Assembly (NCBI RefSeq): GCF_030684315.1
Contig: NC_081362.1
Span: 3,220,228-3,284,227, forward strand
DNA length: 64,000 bases
Direction of reading: 5' to 3'
Source of the DNA: Stegostoma tigrinum
Taxonomy: Eukaryota
The position numbers and the translations under genes are program-made. The notes beneath the pieces are model-generated. The model was not told where the DNA came from and searched no databases. It was given only the letters and a program-made list of their open reading frames with translations. Shown one piece after another: positions 39,990-51,420 of this stretch (the stretch's first letter is position 1; each line of letters opens with the position of its first letter).

Positions 39990-40007
39990 CTGGAGTGGCA
40001 GACAGCC

Positions 40008-40031
40008 ATGAGGCTCAGCAGTTCGGTTTGA
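40008..40031 (+). CDS. Upstream ORF (MRLSSSV*) in the MEIS1 leader
   Basis: gccATG AGG CTC AGC AGT TCG GTT TGA, with a purine at -3. Translation is not demonstrated. Confidence 0.5.
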   Translation: MRLSSSV

Positions 40032-40335
40032 GGGGTGCTTTCTCTCTCTCTCTCTCTCTGGCTTGGAGGGTGGGGGGGGGCGTGGAGGGGGGGCGGTGTG
40101 TGTGTTGGGGGTGGCGGGCGACTTGGGGAGTGTGTGCTGGGGGGGGGGCTGGGGGGGAGGGAACGAGATATCCCTCTATCCTCCCAGGTGTTGCACTGGC
40201 TACGAGTAATATTTCCACATCGCTTCTTTCTCGGTTTGCAAGCCAGAAGATCAGCAGTATCTTTCCGGGAGGTGCATCCAAGTTAACCTGAAGACTTTTG
40301 TGGGGAGGGGGGGTGGGTGGGGAGGGAGGGGGGGA

Positions 40336-40336
<1 letters not shown>

Positions 40337-40385
<49 letters not shown>

Positions 40386-40391
40386 GAGAGA
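40337..40391 (+). repeat. (GT)n(GA)n compound microsatellite in the MEIS1 leader
   Basis: Seen directly. Confidence 0.9.
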
Positions 40392-40528
40392 CTCACAGCG
40401 AAAGAGAGAGCTGGTCATCTGCATAAGGCACTTTGAGGGATCTTGATCTGGCTTTGGACTGTGTGTTTTTGCGTGGCACTGGCCTTTTCCAGACTCGAAC
40501 AGAAGCTGCTACAGAGAGACCGAGGCCG

Positions 40529-40540
40529 ATGGCGCAAAGG
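40529..40540 (+). CDS. MEIS1: MEIS1-like homeobox gene, coding exon 1 (MAQR)
   Basis: gaggccgATGGCGCAAAGG|gtgagt. A 12-nt first coding exon followed by a canonical donor is characteristic of MEIS genes. Confidence 0.93.
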
Positions 40541-40811
40541 GTGAGTACTTTTTGAACTGGTCTGTCTTCTGGTACGAGTGCTAAACGCGACGCTTTTGTA
40601 GACAGCGCGGTACTTTCAGGTGCCTGTGAAAACTTTTTTCTTAAATTTTGTGTTTGTGCGGTTATATTTTCTCTCGCCTGTGTTCTGTCAGGAACTTTGT
40701 CGAATTGCAAATGTGCGCTTTGTGCCTGTAACTTTGTTGACGCACGGATTTCTTCCCCGTTTGCTTCATGGTGCTCTCTCTGTCTCTCTCTTTTTTGTGT
40801 GTGTTGGGCAG

Positions 40812-41038
40812 TATGACGAAATCTCACATTACGGGGGTATGGACGGAGTCGGAATGCCGACAACAATGTACGGTGACCCTCACGCCCCCAGGTCTCTCCA
40901 ACCTGTACACCATCTAAACCACGGGCCATCGTTACACAGCCACCAATATCCGCACACTAACCACGCTAATACCATGCCCCCGAACATGGGCTCCTCGGTA
41001 AACGATGCATTGAAGAGAGATAAGGACTCGATTTACGG
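40812..41038 (+). CDS. MEIS1: MEIS1-like coding exon 2 ([14 protein letters not shown]...[11 protein letters not shown])
   Basis: ag|TATGAC...TACGG|gtatgt, 227 bp. The translation (within ORF 40620..41102) matches the MEIS1 N-terminus: [23 protein letters not shown]. Confidence 0.95.
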
Positions 41039-41598
41039 GTATGTTTTGACCATGAGTTGCTCAACGATATTCTGTGATCTGCGGCAGGGACGGTACACGT
41101 GACACGTTAGTTTTTTCATTGAAATTCTCAAACAAAATGACAAACACACGGAAACAGTAAAGCACCAAAGTTTCGCCTCGGCTTGTGATTGAAATTGACA
41201 TTCTGTGGAAGCGGTCTTGGAGCGAGTTACATTTCATTCGCTATTGTAAATAACATGAGAACTCGGGAGCGCACGCATGATGTTGCCGGATGTTTTTTAA
41301 TAAATATTATTTTCTAAAAAAAAAGAAAAATTGCCGTCCAAAATGGCTGCTTAAAAGGTTATTTCAGGGCCATTTCGCTCTTAAATTCTGGCTTGCTCGG
41401 TCGGGAGAGAGGATTGTTGAGATTTCATGTCGTTAGAAGCGACCGCGATGTTTTACCAGTGAGTACAGTACGTTTACGACCAGTAATTTATGTAGAGCCC
41501 GCAGTCAACAAGTAGATTTTAAAGAAGTTCAAACTGTAGCGGCTGTATCAATCAAAAGAGAATCTCCCTTTCGTTTGTGTGTGTGTGTGTGTTTTTGA

Positions 41599-41808
<210 letters not shown>

Positions 41809-42300
41809 TAATTTTGAAAGTTGCAATAGTTTCAGTGACCGGACTCGGGTTTTCCTTGGTCTGCAGCAGAGTTTAGCACAAATTAACACAGAGCGCTTGT
41901 TGTGCCGATAAACCGAATTGAAAATGTTAATAGCAGCAAAATTGAAATGGTATCAAAATGTTTTTCAACGAATTGGGGTAATTGTATAAAGCGATCACAA
42001 TCGGAGCATTTTATTTATGGATCACGTTGGTGCTACCAGTGAAAACGCAGTCAGTTTAATTGTGGATTTTTTTAATTTTTAACTTGTTTGAAAGAAGTTG
42101 TCATTGCCTTATAAAGTGTTCCTTTTGAAATTAAGTAATGTGCTATCTGTTGGGCTAATACTGAGGAGAGAGTTTCCTTGTCGCTAATGTGTGATGTTAA
42201 AGCAGATTTTTGGAAGTTTGCGAATCAAGTTGGATGTATCGACTGTGAAGAGCGGGAGCGGGGGGAGAAGTGACCATTTGTATTTCTCTTTTCACTCTAG

Positions 42301-42351
42301 GTCCGAGCAGAAAAACCTCTATTTTCCTCCAATCCTGAGCTGGATAATTTG
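42301..42351 (+). CDS. MEIS1: MEIS1-like coding exon 4 (VRAEKPLFSSNPELDNL)
   Basis: Polypyrimidine tract, ctctag|GTCCGA...AATTTG|gtaagc, 51 bp. Confidence 0.95.
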
Positions 42352-43416
42352 GTAAGCCTGACCGCCTGTTCAGTAGAGGGAAGGCGCTGTAGAGAAACTC
42401 GTAAAAGCGTTTCCACTGAACCAAAGCAAATATATATTTATTGTGGCAAATTGTCAGGACTTCTTGGGAGATGGGTCGGCATCTACTGTCAGTTTAGCGT
42501 AGCCGCATATTTGGGGGAAAGCAATGAGAGAGAGAGAAAGGAGAGAAAAAAAAAACGATCGTTACAATCCGTTGCAAATCTGCGTTTTTTTTTGATTTTC
42601 TGATAGCAGTGACTGTCAGGAGCGATAACCATCACAATTCAGTTCCTGTATGGCTGTCACTCCAGTGAAGACGATGCGTGATTCTTATATTATATATTTC
42701 ATTTAATTTTCGCTTTTTGGCCTGGGCAGTGAAATTTTGGGTCGTGGCGGCGGTGCGTTAAGGTTCGGAGTTCTGTTCTGTGTCCCAAGTTGCCTGGGGT
42801 GAACGGAGAGGGACGAGGGAAGGAAGATACAAGGGTTGGTGGGTGTGTGTGGGGAGGGGAGTGCGGGTTCTGGTGGCTGGGAGTAATCCGGCCCTAATGA
42901 ATTTAAGGAGGCGCTCTAATTTTTAAAAAAATGCTAGGTCTTTTTGACTCCCTTCCCCTCGCCACCCCCTCCTCCACAACTGATTTCTTTCTACTTCTCT
43001 TTTAATATAAACGGTTGGAAAGAAGTTTACAGCATTTCTAGGCGGTCTCAAAGAAAGGGAAGTGTTTGCGTGCATTTGTCGGCCGAGTTCCATGCCTGTG
43101 CGGTTCACGTAGACTTGGCCTTGCTCTCAGTAGGCTGGAGAGAGCTGGGGGTGGGGGAGTGGGGCACGAGGAACGGTATGGGGGGGGGGAGGTTGGCGTG
43201 GGTTTAGGAGCAAACAGGAACGATTTTTGCCTATTTTTGCAGTCCCCCCAACTTCCAGCGCGCCTCCCACCTCTCTCCCAGACACACACCCGTACACATG
43301 TAAGAAATGCTAAAGATGCTGCCTTCGGGACTATTTGTAAAAAATGGGGAGCAGGCCCCCTCCCCCAGGCCCGTGCGTTTCCGGCTGCTAAGAGATGTTT
43401 ACCTGTTTCCTTTCAG

Positions 43417-43467
43417 ATGATTCAAGCCATACAAGTGTTAAGATTTCACCTTTTGGAGTTAGAGAAG
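43417..43467 (+). CDS. MEIS1: MEIS1-like coding exon 5 (MIQAIQVLRFHLLELEK; MEINOX HM2)
   Basis: tttcag|ATGATT...GAGAAG|gtaact, 51 bp. Confidence 0.96.
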
Positions 43468-44416
43468 GTAACTACCTCCTGTTCTGGTCCGTGGATGGTA
43501 TTAGACGTTCGTACTCGGTGCGACCAGGATTTGCAATTACTGTCAAAGCCAATCCTGCCTCACATTTCTCTTGCTCTTTCATTACAATTCATTCCACTAA
43601 AACCCCTGACCACAAACGCCCCGCCGTTTTGTTCATTTTAATCTCGCTGTGGGATTTAATTTTGATCAGCTCCATTTTTAAAACAAAAACATAAATCCTC
43701 TTTCTCGCCCCCCCGCACCCTTCCCCCCATCGAGCCCACACGTTATAAATGATCTAAAATGTCAACAATCTGCCGAATCTGACTCTTTAGACGGGAAATC
43801 ATAATATTTTGTCCTGGTAGTCTGCGAGGAATATTTTAATCAAATCTAAAAGACAAGTCGAGCTAGTATTTCTGAGGGGGGGGGGGTGGTGGTGGGGTGT
43901 GAAAGGAAGTGTGAGCATTTTAGTTTACCATGCCTGGAATCTCCCAAGACATATTTACTTGTTGAAGATCTGAGCAGTGTTTATCTGTGTCTCACTCGAA
44001 TCCTACATATCCCCCTTTTTTCTCGGAATTGTTCAGAGTTTGTAATGAAATAACGAGACGAAATTAAACTGTTTACCTTAAATGTCATTCATGCGGGTCG
44101 GACATCTAATGGGCACAGCCCCGGGAGCAGGCAAATTTAACACGGGTGTTGAATGCGTTGTAGCTGTGAATCATCTTGTCACTGTCAATTTTGTACCGAT
44201 ATCTCTATTTTGTTGGTTATTCCAAATTCTTGATGCGTGTGTCTCTGGGGGGGGACATTCACAAGTGCTTCCAACTATTGGGAACCTCGCGTCACGCAGA
44301 CCTGAGCTGGACTTGTCGCTTCTGCTTGAGTGTTATAATTTATTTTTTGCTTTTGAAAAAAATGTATTTTTTAGCGTATTGTACTTCATTATTTTCTCAT
44401 CGTCGTCCAACTGTAG

Positions 44417-44569
44417 GTGCACGAATTATGTGACAATTTTTGCCACCGGTACATCAGCTGCTTGAAAGGAAAAATGCCCATTGACCTAGTTATTGATGAG
44501 AGAGAAGGCGGTTCCAAATCGGACAACGAGGAGATCACCAGGTCGTCGTCGGTTAATATCACAGATCAG
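44417..44569 (+). CDS. MEIS1: MEIS1-like coding exon 6 ([51 protein letters not shown])
   Basis: ctgtag|GTGCAC...GATCAG|gtacgg, 153 bp. No exon 7-like sequence (RDHDD...PGPSSGG) seen downstream in the window. Confidence 0.95.
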
Positions 44570-44745
44570 GTACGGACAGAGTTCAGCAGTGCTTGGGGGA
44601 GCACGGAATACCTACTGTAGCTGTGTGCCTGCTGGTTATTCGCATATTGTCAAGAGCGCTTTGAATCTCAGTCAGAAAGAATATGACATTATGTATTGTT
44701 GCTTACAGAATGTATGGTAGTTTTTCTGTCGTGTGTATGTTCGTA

Positions 44746-44800
44746 TGTGCGTGTTTGTGCGTGTGTCTGTCTGTGTGTGTGTCTGTGTGTGTCTGTGTGT

Positions 44801-44849
<49 letters not shown>
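44746..44849 (+). repeat. Imperfect (GT)n microsatellite, intron 6
   Basis: Seen directly. Confidence 0.95.
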
Positions 44850-44850
<1 letters not shown>

Positions 44851-46029
44851 ACTGATGGTTGTAATGTTGACCCAGTTTATTTTTCTCACACCTTCTCGTG
44901 CTCGTTTTATATCTTGTTTCCTTCAGGACATTGCTGTAGACGAGGCTTCATTTTTAACAAACTAAATAATACAAGTGGTTGCCGCTGCTAAATGGTATTT
45001 GAGACGGTGGTGTTTGTAATATAAGGGTGTCCAGAGAGAGACAGAGAAAGGGTTGAATTTTGCCTTTCGCTTGGTTAAGACTGAAGCTAGCAACTCTGGT
45101 CGCTGTGGGGCCGATTCTGTCTGAACTTCGGCAGATAAAGCATTTTTCTCAGTTCCGCGTCTATCTCGCTGAACACTTTTAACTGAAAAACGAGGTGGAA
45201 TTTGGCAATTGGTAATTTTCTTTTTGGATTTGCATTTTGTTAAATGAAGTGTAGACTCCTGGGGGTGGGGTGAGTGAGTTGTTCTCAGACTCTATCTGTA
45301 GCAGCGGCTCGGTTTAAAGATGAAGAAGGGAGGGCGGGAACGTGTCGCGCCGACGGCCGGCCAGAGCGCACTCGATTCGGGCAGACGCTGCAGAAAGGAG
45401 CCGGCGCCTTGGGAACGTGGTACTAGCTCCGTCCCGCCGCTTTGAGATTTGGGGAGGGTTTTGTTTTGGAGGAAAGGCAGTTGCTGAGGGTGTGAGGGGA
45501 GTGGGAGAATGGAGCGATCCTAGTGATCACAGGGAATCCCTGACATTTACTGCTCCCCCTTGGTGAACGGGACGAGAAACAGCGAGAGAGGAAGCTGGTT
45601 TCGCTGACCGCTCATTCTCGTTTGATTGCGGTCCCACACGGAGACAGTACCCTCTCGCCAGCATTTTTAAGCACAAACCCCTCTCCCCCATCCACCACCC
45701 CCCCCCCTCCGCCGCTCCCACATCGTGATATTTAGAAATACATTTACTCCTCTCACCCCAAGAACAACATGAGAGGGTCACAACATTTTTAAAAGCAACG
45801 GGTAAATTAGCAAGACGTGCAGAACCCATGGGGATTCCCAGCTCTCAAAATCTGATAAATCTGTTTTCTCTCTATCTCTGTGCTTGTCGTTTTAAAAAAG
45901 ATCATGCAGATAAACTCCTCGATGTTCAGACTCTGAATAAGAATCTCATTCGCACACGTTTCCAAATTAAACCGGTTAAAATGCTGCACAGACGCAGGGC
46001 ATTTGCGGGAAAAAGGGGATAGTTGTAGA

Positions 46030-46060
46030 GATAGCAGGAACTGCAGATGCTGGAAAATCT
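46030..46060 (-). mobile_element. Tail-only PLE insertion
   Basis: gatagcaggaactgcagatgctggaaaatct between gttgtaga direct repeats (46022-46029 / 46061-46068). Confidence 0.7.
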
Positions 46061-47564
46061 GTTGTAGATACCTAGGAGTGACAGAGCGCTGTCTGAGGAA
46101 TTACATCGTAAGGTTATTGACAGGACTAGCACCTTATTTTTAATCGAGTGTGGAAACTTGTGGGGCAGCTGTAGTGGGAGAAACTGACCGCTTCAAGTGG
46201 GTATGGAGGGACTACCTGGAAAATACATCAGTTTCCTCACATTCCCCGAATCACAAGGAGATGGACAATATTCCTAAACGAGTGATTTCAGATCCAGTGT
46301 GGTTACTTGTGCATTATGTTCCACGGATTTGCGGGATTTTCTTTTGAAAAGGTGGTTCAAATTTTCCACCGAATTCCAAGTCTGAAGGAGCGTTTCATTC
46401 CCATGTTCAAATTAAAACTGGTTAAAATCCTGTACAGTGTATTTGCACACAGAATGTTATAGCCACGTACTGCTTGGGGGAACAGTAATTAACCCTCTAG
46501 TTTTAACCTAAGCGAGGATTCCTGCCCTTCCTACTCAGTGAACACTTCCTCAGGTTTTTGCTCTCGCTGTCCGCCAAAAGCAGAAATCAGGCTTATTTAT
46601 ATTTTGTGGCTTCGATTTCACGAATATTTGTGAAGAAAAGTTTACACAAAAAATACTGCTTACTTCGAGAGAGAAAAAAAACGTACTCTTCTCCGATCTT
46701 GTCTGTTTAAAACAAAACCCTATCGCTCTCTCCTTTCCATTAGGTTCTGATTGGTGATATTAGCGCTGTAGTTTCGCTAGATTATTCCATCTTCGATGTA
46801 TTTCTAATATCTACCCTCTGGCAAAAATATAATCAAATGAACTGAACTGAAAACATCTTACAGCAATGTCAGAAGAAAAAGGAAATGTAATTTGTTTGAA
46901 GCCTACACATTTTTACTCCTGTGCTTGGCTGTGGCACCCAGTTATTGTCGCAGTTTGGGGTTTGCTCTGTAACCTTGTTCAGGCTGGGATTTCTTGGGGG
47001 ATTGGGAGGCGGGGGTGGTGGTGAGGGAGAGGAGGTTGGTGTTGTTATAGACTCCGGACTCATCCCTTCCTCCAAAGTCTAACACAATCTGCGGCCACTC
47101 CACAATGGGGTTGACCCAGTTTCAGGCCTCAACACTGAACATTTAGCAAAAAAACACTTGGCTCGTTAAGAATTGTCTGGAAAGAGTAGTTGGAAAAAGC
47201 AGAGAGAGCTCTGCCTGAGGCCAGCGTTGGTGTAGAAGCGGTACCGTCCCTGGACGGGGCGTGAGGACTCAGTTGCTGAGCTCCTGTTGCAATTACTCCT
47301 GTCCAGGATGGAAAGCGGACTGCCTGCTGGCCAGATTTTCATTCCTCTTTCCCAAACGATGCCACTGAGCGAGGAGACGCTTTGAAGAACGCTCTCCATA
47401 GTTTTGTTCCCTCTCTCAGGTATTGACCGGCAGCTCTGTTCATCATTCGCTGTTTTCTACGTTGTAGAGACGGCTAGAAACCAGCTGACATTGCACTCCC
47501 ACACACCGCTGCGCCTTGCCCACAGAGTGCCCGTGCCAACCTCATTCATTGGGAGTCTCACCGA

Positions 47565-48010
47565 TCCCATTGCTACACTATTGGCACCATCACATGACTC
47601 TCACCATGCCCATTCTGACACTGACCGTCGCCGTCACATGACTCTACTGGCACTGTCACATGACTCTTACCATGCCCATTGTTACACTGACTGGCACTGT
47701 CACATGATCCTCACCGTTCCCATTGTTACACTATTGGCACCATCACATGACTCTCACCATGCCCATTCTGACACTGACCGTCGCCGTCACATGACTCTAC
47801 TGGCACTGTCACATGACTCTCACCATGCCCATTGTTACACTGACTGGCACTGTCACATGATCCTCACCGTTCCCATTGTTACACTATTGGCACCATCACA
47901 TGACTCTCACCATGCCCATTCTGACACTGACCGTCGCCGTCACATGACTCTACTGGCACTGTCACATGACCCCCACCATGCCCATTGTTACACCACCTGG
48001 CACTGTCATG
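47565..48010. repeat. 153-bp higher-order tandem repeat (~2.9 copies) built from ~22-bp monomers
   Basis: TCACATGA spacing 44/22/44/43 recurs. CTGTCA recurs at exact 153-bp intervals. Confidence 0.93.
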
Positions 48011-50529
48011 TGCCCGGGACCAGCCGCATGAGACTGGCGTGCTGTGCCCTGAGCAATTCCCCCGGGGCCGTTTCTGACTCCAGCGCCTGCTCGCACTTGC
48101 CCCGGGCTTGTCGCAGTTCCCCCACGTCCTGCCACCATGTCCGTAGAAACTAGCTCCTGTTGGAGACAGACTGTCTTCTCTCGAACCTTGCTGCCTTTGT
48201 ACAAGTGGCGCGGTGTGAATGTGTCCTGGAAAAGCCGGTGCTTTGTGTGAGACATAACCTGCTAAGATAGCTCTCGTTTCCGACTGAGAAAACTGTCCCA
48301 ACACAAGCCAGTTGGATCTATTGAAGTAGGTGTTAACCAGATAAAAGATGCTCTAATTATGAACATCACTTTGCGATTTTGTACACAAATTGGATTTACA
48401 TATTCTTCGGAGAATGGAAAATGCAATCCAGTAACTCCAATTATACGAAGCGTAAGAATAAAACCCATGCGGCACAATTAGTAAATGGTTGCTATTTGTG
48501 AATTTCTGGGTCCTGATACAGCAGGCATGCTGGACATGTGATGTTATAGAGAGGGTGGTGACCGATTTCAATGATCATGACCTAAAAAGTACGTGGAATT
48601 TTGCAATTTACTGTTCATTATTGGGAAGGGAATAGATAACAGATTCTGTCTAAAGTATCTTACATAATGGAATGTTGGAAAGCTGGGTATAATTTCAGGA
48701 ATGAAGAGCATTCTAATAGAGTCACGTACCTTTTGAAACAAAGTTTGTTTTGCGCTGGGTGTGCCACTAACTTTACTGATATATATGATTTAAAATAGTA
48801 ATTGAGGATTTAATTTTAAAAAAGTAGCAATTTCAAGAATTAATCTAAGCACTAAAATATCGTAAATCTCTCCCTTTAATTTCTTGTGAATTAAAGTCAG
48901 TGCTTTGACCAGCCTCTGTTCAAGGACAGTTTCACATCACCTGTTTTGGCCCAGTTAGTATTTGTTTCATCGGGATTTACAGAATAAGTGTGAATTTGTA
49001 GTTTCTGGAGTTCATGTAAAACCCCCAAGCCTAATTCCTACTGTACAAAAATAAAAATCAGAAGTTGCCAAATTTAGAACAGTCCTTGTGTGTTTCAAAG
49101 GAAAACATAAAATAATCCTCATAAAAGAAAGCTCATGTTGATAACAAATAATTCCAAACAGTACTTGGCTCTGGTGTTGTGTTCAAATATTGTTCCAATT
49201 TTAAGTGTCTTCTGAATGGACGTGTGTTTTTTTGTGTTATCTTTATTATGCATTTTTTGATTGCCTTGTCTCAGTTTTATTTTGTATAATTTAGTTAAAC
49301 CATATTGCAAAAAACGCTGTCAAATATCTCATCTAGAAACTTTGCTCGTAATAGTTTGTAGAAGAGCAGAGATCTCATTAAATTTCTGTATTTCTCTTGC
49401 TCTCCACTTTTTTACTTTGATACAAGGCTAATTGTGAAATTAATGCACATTCCTCAAACAATCAAAACCTATGTTTCTACACTGAATTAAAAGTTACACC
49501 AATTGTTTGCAATATTGTTATCTGTTGCTCTGTCTTTAGATTCTTTGCCCTGTGAATGTGTCTGGAGTTTGTATAGATGACCATAACAGAACTATTAATC
49601 TTTTAATTACAAATAGATCTTTAATTACTGTGCTGTTCTGGAATTTTGCTCTAAATGTCATGTGACTTTTGATAACTTGTTTGACAGGTGAAGCTAAAAG
49701 GTATTGTAGTGTATCAAATAGTAAATATCAGTGAATTGAATTTATAGATTGCAATAATTTTATTGGCACATCAAGACGTATTGTGGCTTGTGACTGTTTA
49801 AAACTGTTACTCGAGCTTATATATGTGTTTTAGGAGGGAGGCAGGTTGGATCTCTTGTGATTGGACCTGGGTGTATAAGTCACAAAGGTGTTATATCTGG
49901 TTGTTTCATTGTTTGACGTGGTACTAGTCTATTTGTGGTACAGTTAATTCATGCTGACTGCTATAAGCTTGAAATAAAAATGTTTATGAATGAAGTATAT
50001 TCTGGATCTAACTTGTACTTTGTATCATCGAAAACCAAATTTGTATACAGTAATTTAGTTGGCAAATGATGGAATCATATTCTCTCGATACGGGATATGT
50101 CAGCAACCTTGCCCCCTTATTAGTGATGTGCTTGATTACAATCGCACAATGTTGTAAAGCTGTTTACGAATTTCTGGGATGGGTGTTTCTCAGTTTAATC
50201 GAGACTTTCATATTTGTTTCTATGGAGTTGTGACAAAAGATTAGAGGGTGCAGTTCCTAATGGAAGCTCTATTTTTTGTAAAAATATTTAAGCTAGTAAT
50301 TTTACAACACTGAAAAACTGACCCATTGGATTAACCATTAGTATTTAGTTTGGTGCAAAACGTTTTTGTCTAGTCATTCTGTATTTGTGCACGTATGTGT
50401 CACTTTGTAACAGTAAAGCTGGCCCACATTTTTTCATCACATTTCAATATTGATTTTTTTTTAGCCGATGTATTTTGTACATTTGCTCTTTGTTGTAATC
50501 AGATCATATTCTGAGTTAATGCACATAAC

Positions 50530-51420
50530 TAATTTACTCATGGGATTTTAGATTTTGTTGGATGGACCAACATTTATTGCCCATTCCTAATTGCCCTAGA
50601 GAATGTGGTGGTGAGCTGCCCTCTTGAACTACTGCAGTCTGTGTGGTGCATGTATCCTCACAGTGGTGTTGGGAAGGGAGCTTAAGGACTTTGACCCAAT
50701 GATAGAGCAATACAATATGTTTTCAAATCAGGATGTTGTGGCTTGAGAGGGTTTTTAAGGCAGTGGTGTTCCCATGTATTTGCTGGACTTGGTCTTTAAG
50801 TTGATAGGAAATGGTGAGTTTTTCTTTTAGGTGCTGTCAAAGATGATTTGGTGAATTGCAGCAGTACATTCTTGTAAATGGGACATGCAGTTCAAGATTT
50901 ACAGTGAGCGAATGTTTAAGGTGGTGGATGAGATGCTAGTTAAACAGTTTCCTTTATCCTGGATGGTGCCAAACCTCTTGAGTGTTGTTGGAGCTATACA
51001 TATCCAGGCAGTTGGATCGTATTCCATTCTGACTTGTGCCATCTTAGCAGTAGATTTCGAGGAGTCAGGAGGTGAGTTGCTCACTGCAGAATTCCCAGCT
51101 TCTGATCTGCTTATGTTGTCACAGCATTTGTGTGTTTTGTCTGTTTGGTATCTGGTTAATGGTAACATCCAGGATGTTGATGGTAGTTGATTTACTGATG
51201 GTAATGCCACTGAACGACAAAGAGAAGCTGTAGGATGTTATGGTGTCCAGGTCTTCAGTATTGCAGCTGGGATGTTTTCAGGGTCCATAACTTTTGTTCT
51301 ATGTTGTGTGCACTAACATGACTTGACTTGGAGTGAATTGAATTAGCTGAAGCCTGGTATCCTTGGCGGCAGGGACTTCAGGAGTAGTATAAGGTGGATG
51401 GATTTTCCATATACTTCCTC
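50530..51420 (-). mobile_element. CR1/L2-group LINE 3' fragment
   Basis: AQVRMEYDPTAWICIAPTTLKRFGTIQDK peptide. Tail catttattgcccattcctaattgccct. Confidence 0.75.

Larger units (their letters stand above)
39930..40528 (+). other. MEIS1: Probable MEIS1 5' UTR (start approximate)
   Basis: attcattcac...gtgattgacagctggagtggcagacagccatgag resembles the human MEIS1 mRNA leader as recalled. Only one ATG (40008) lies upstream of the main ATG in this interval. Confidence 0.6.

Noticed and set aside
44683-44991. Cys/Val-rich ORFs
   Set aside because: Translation of the (GT)n microsatellite.
47404-48153. 249-aa His-rich ORF as a protein gene
   Set aside because: The frame stays open because the 153-bp repeat is a multiple of 3 and lacks stops. 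It has a TTG start, is intronic and has no recognisable domain.
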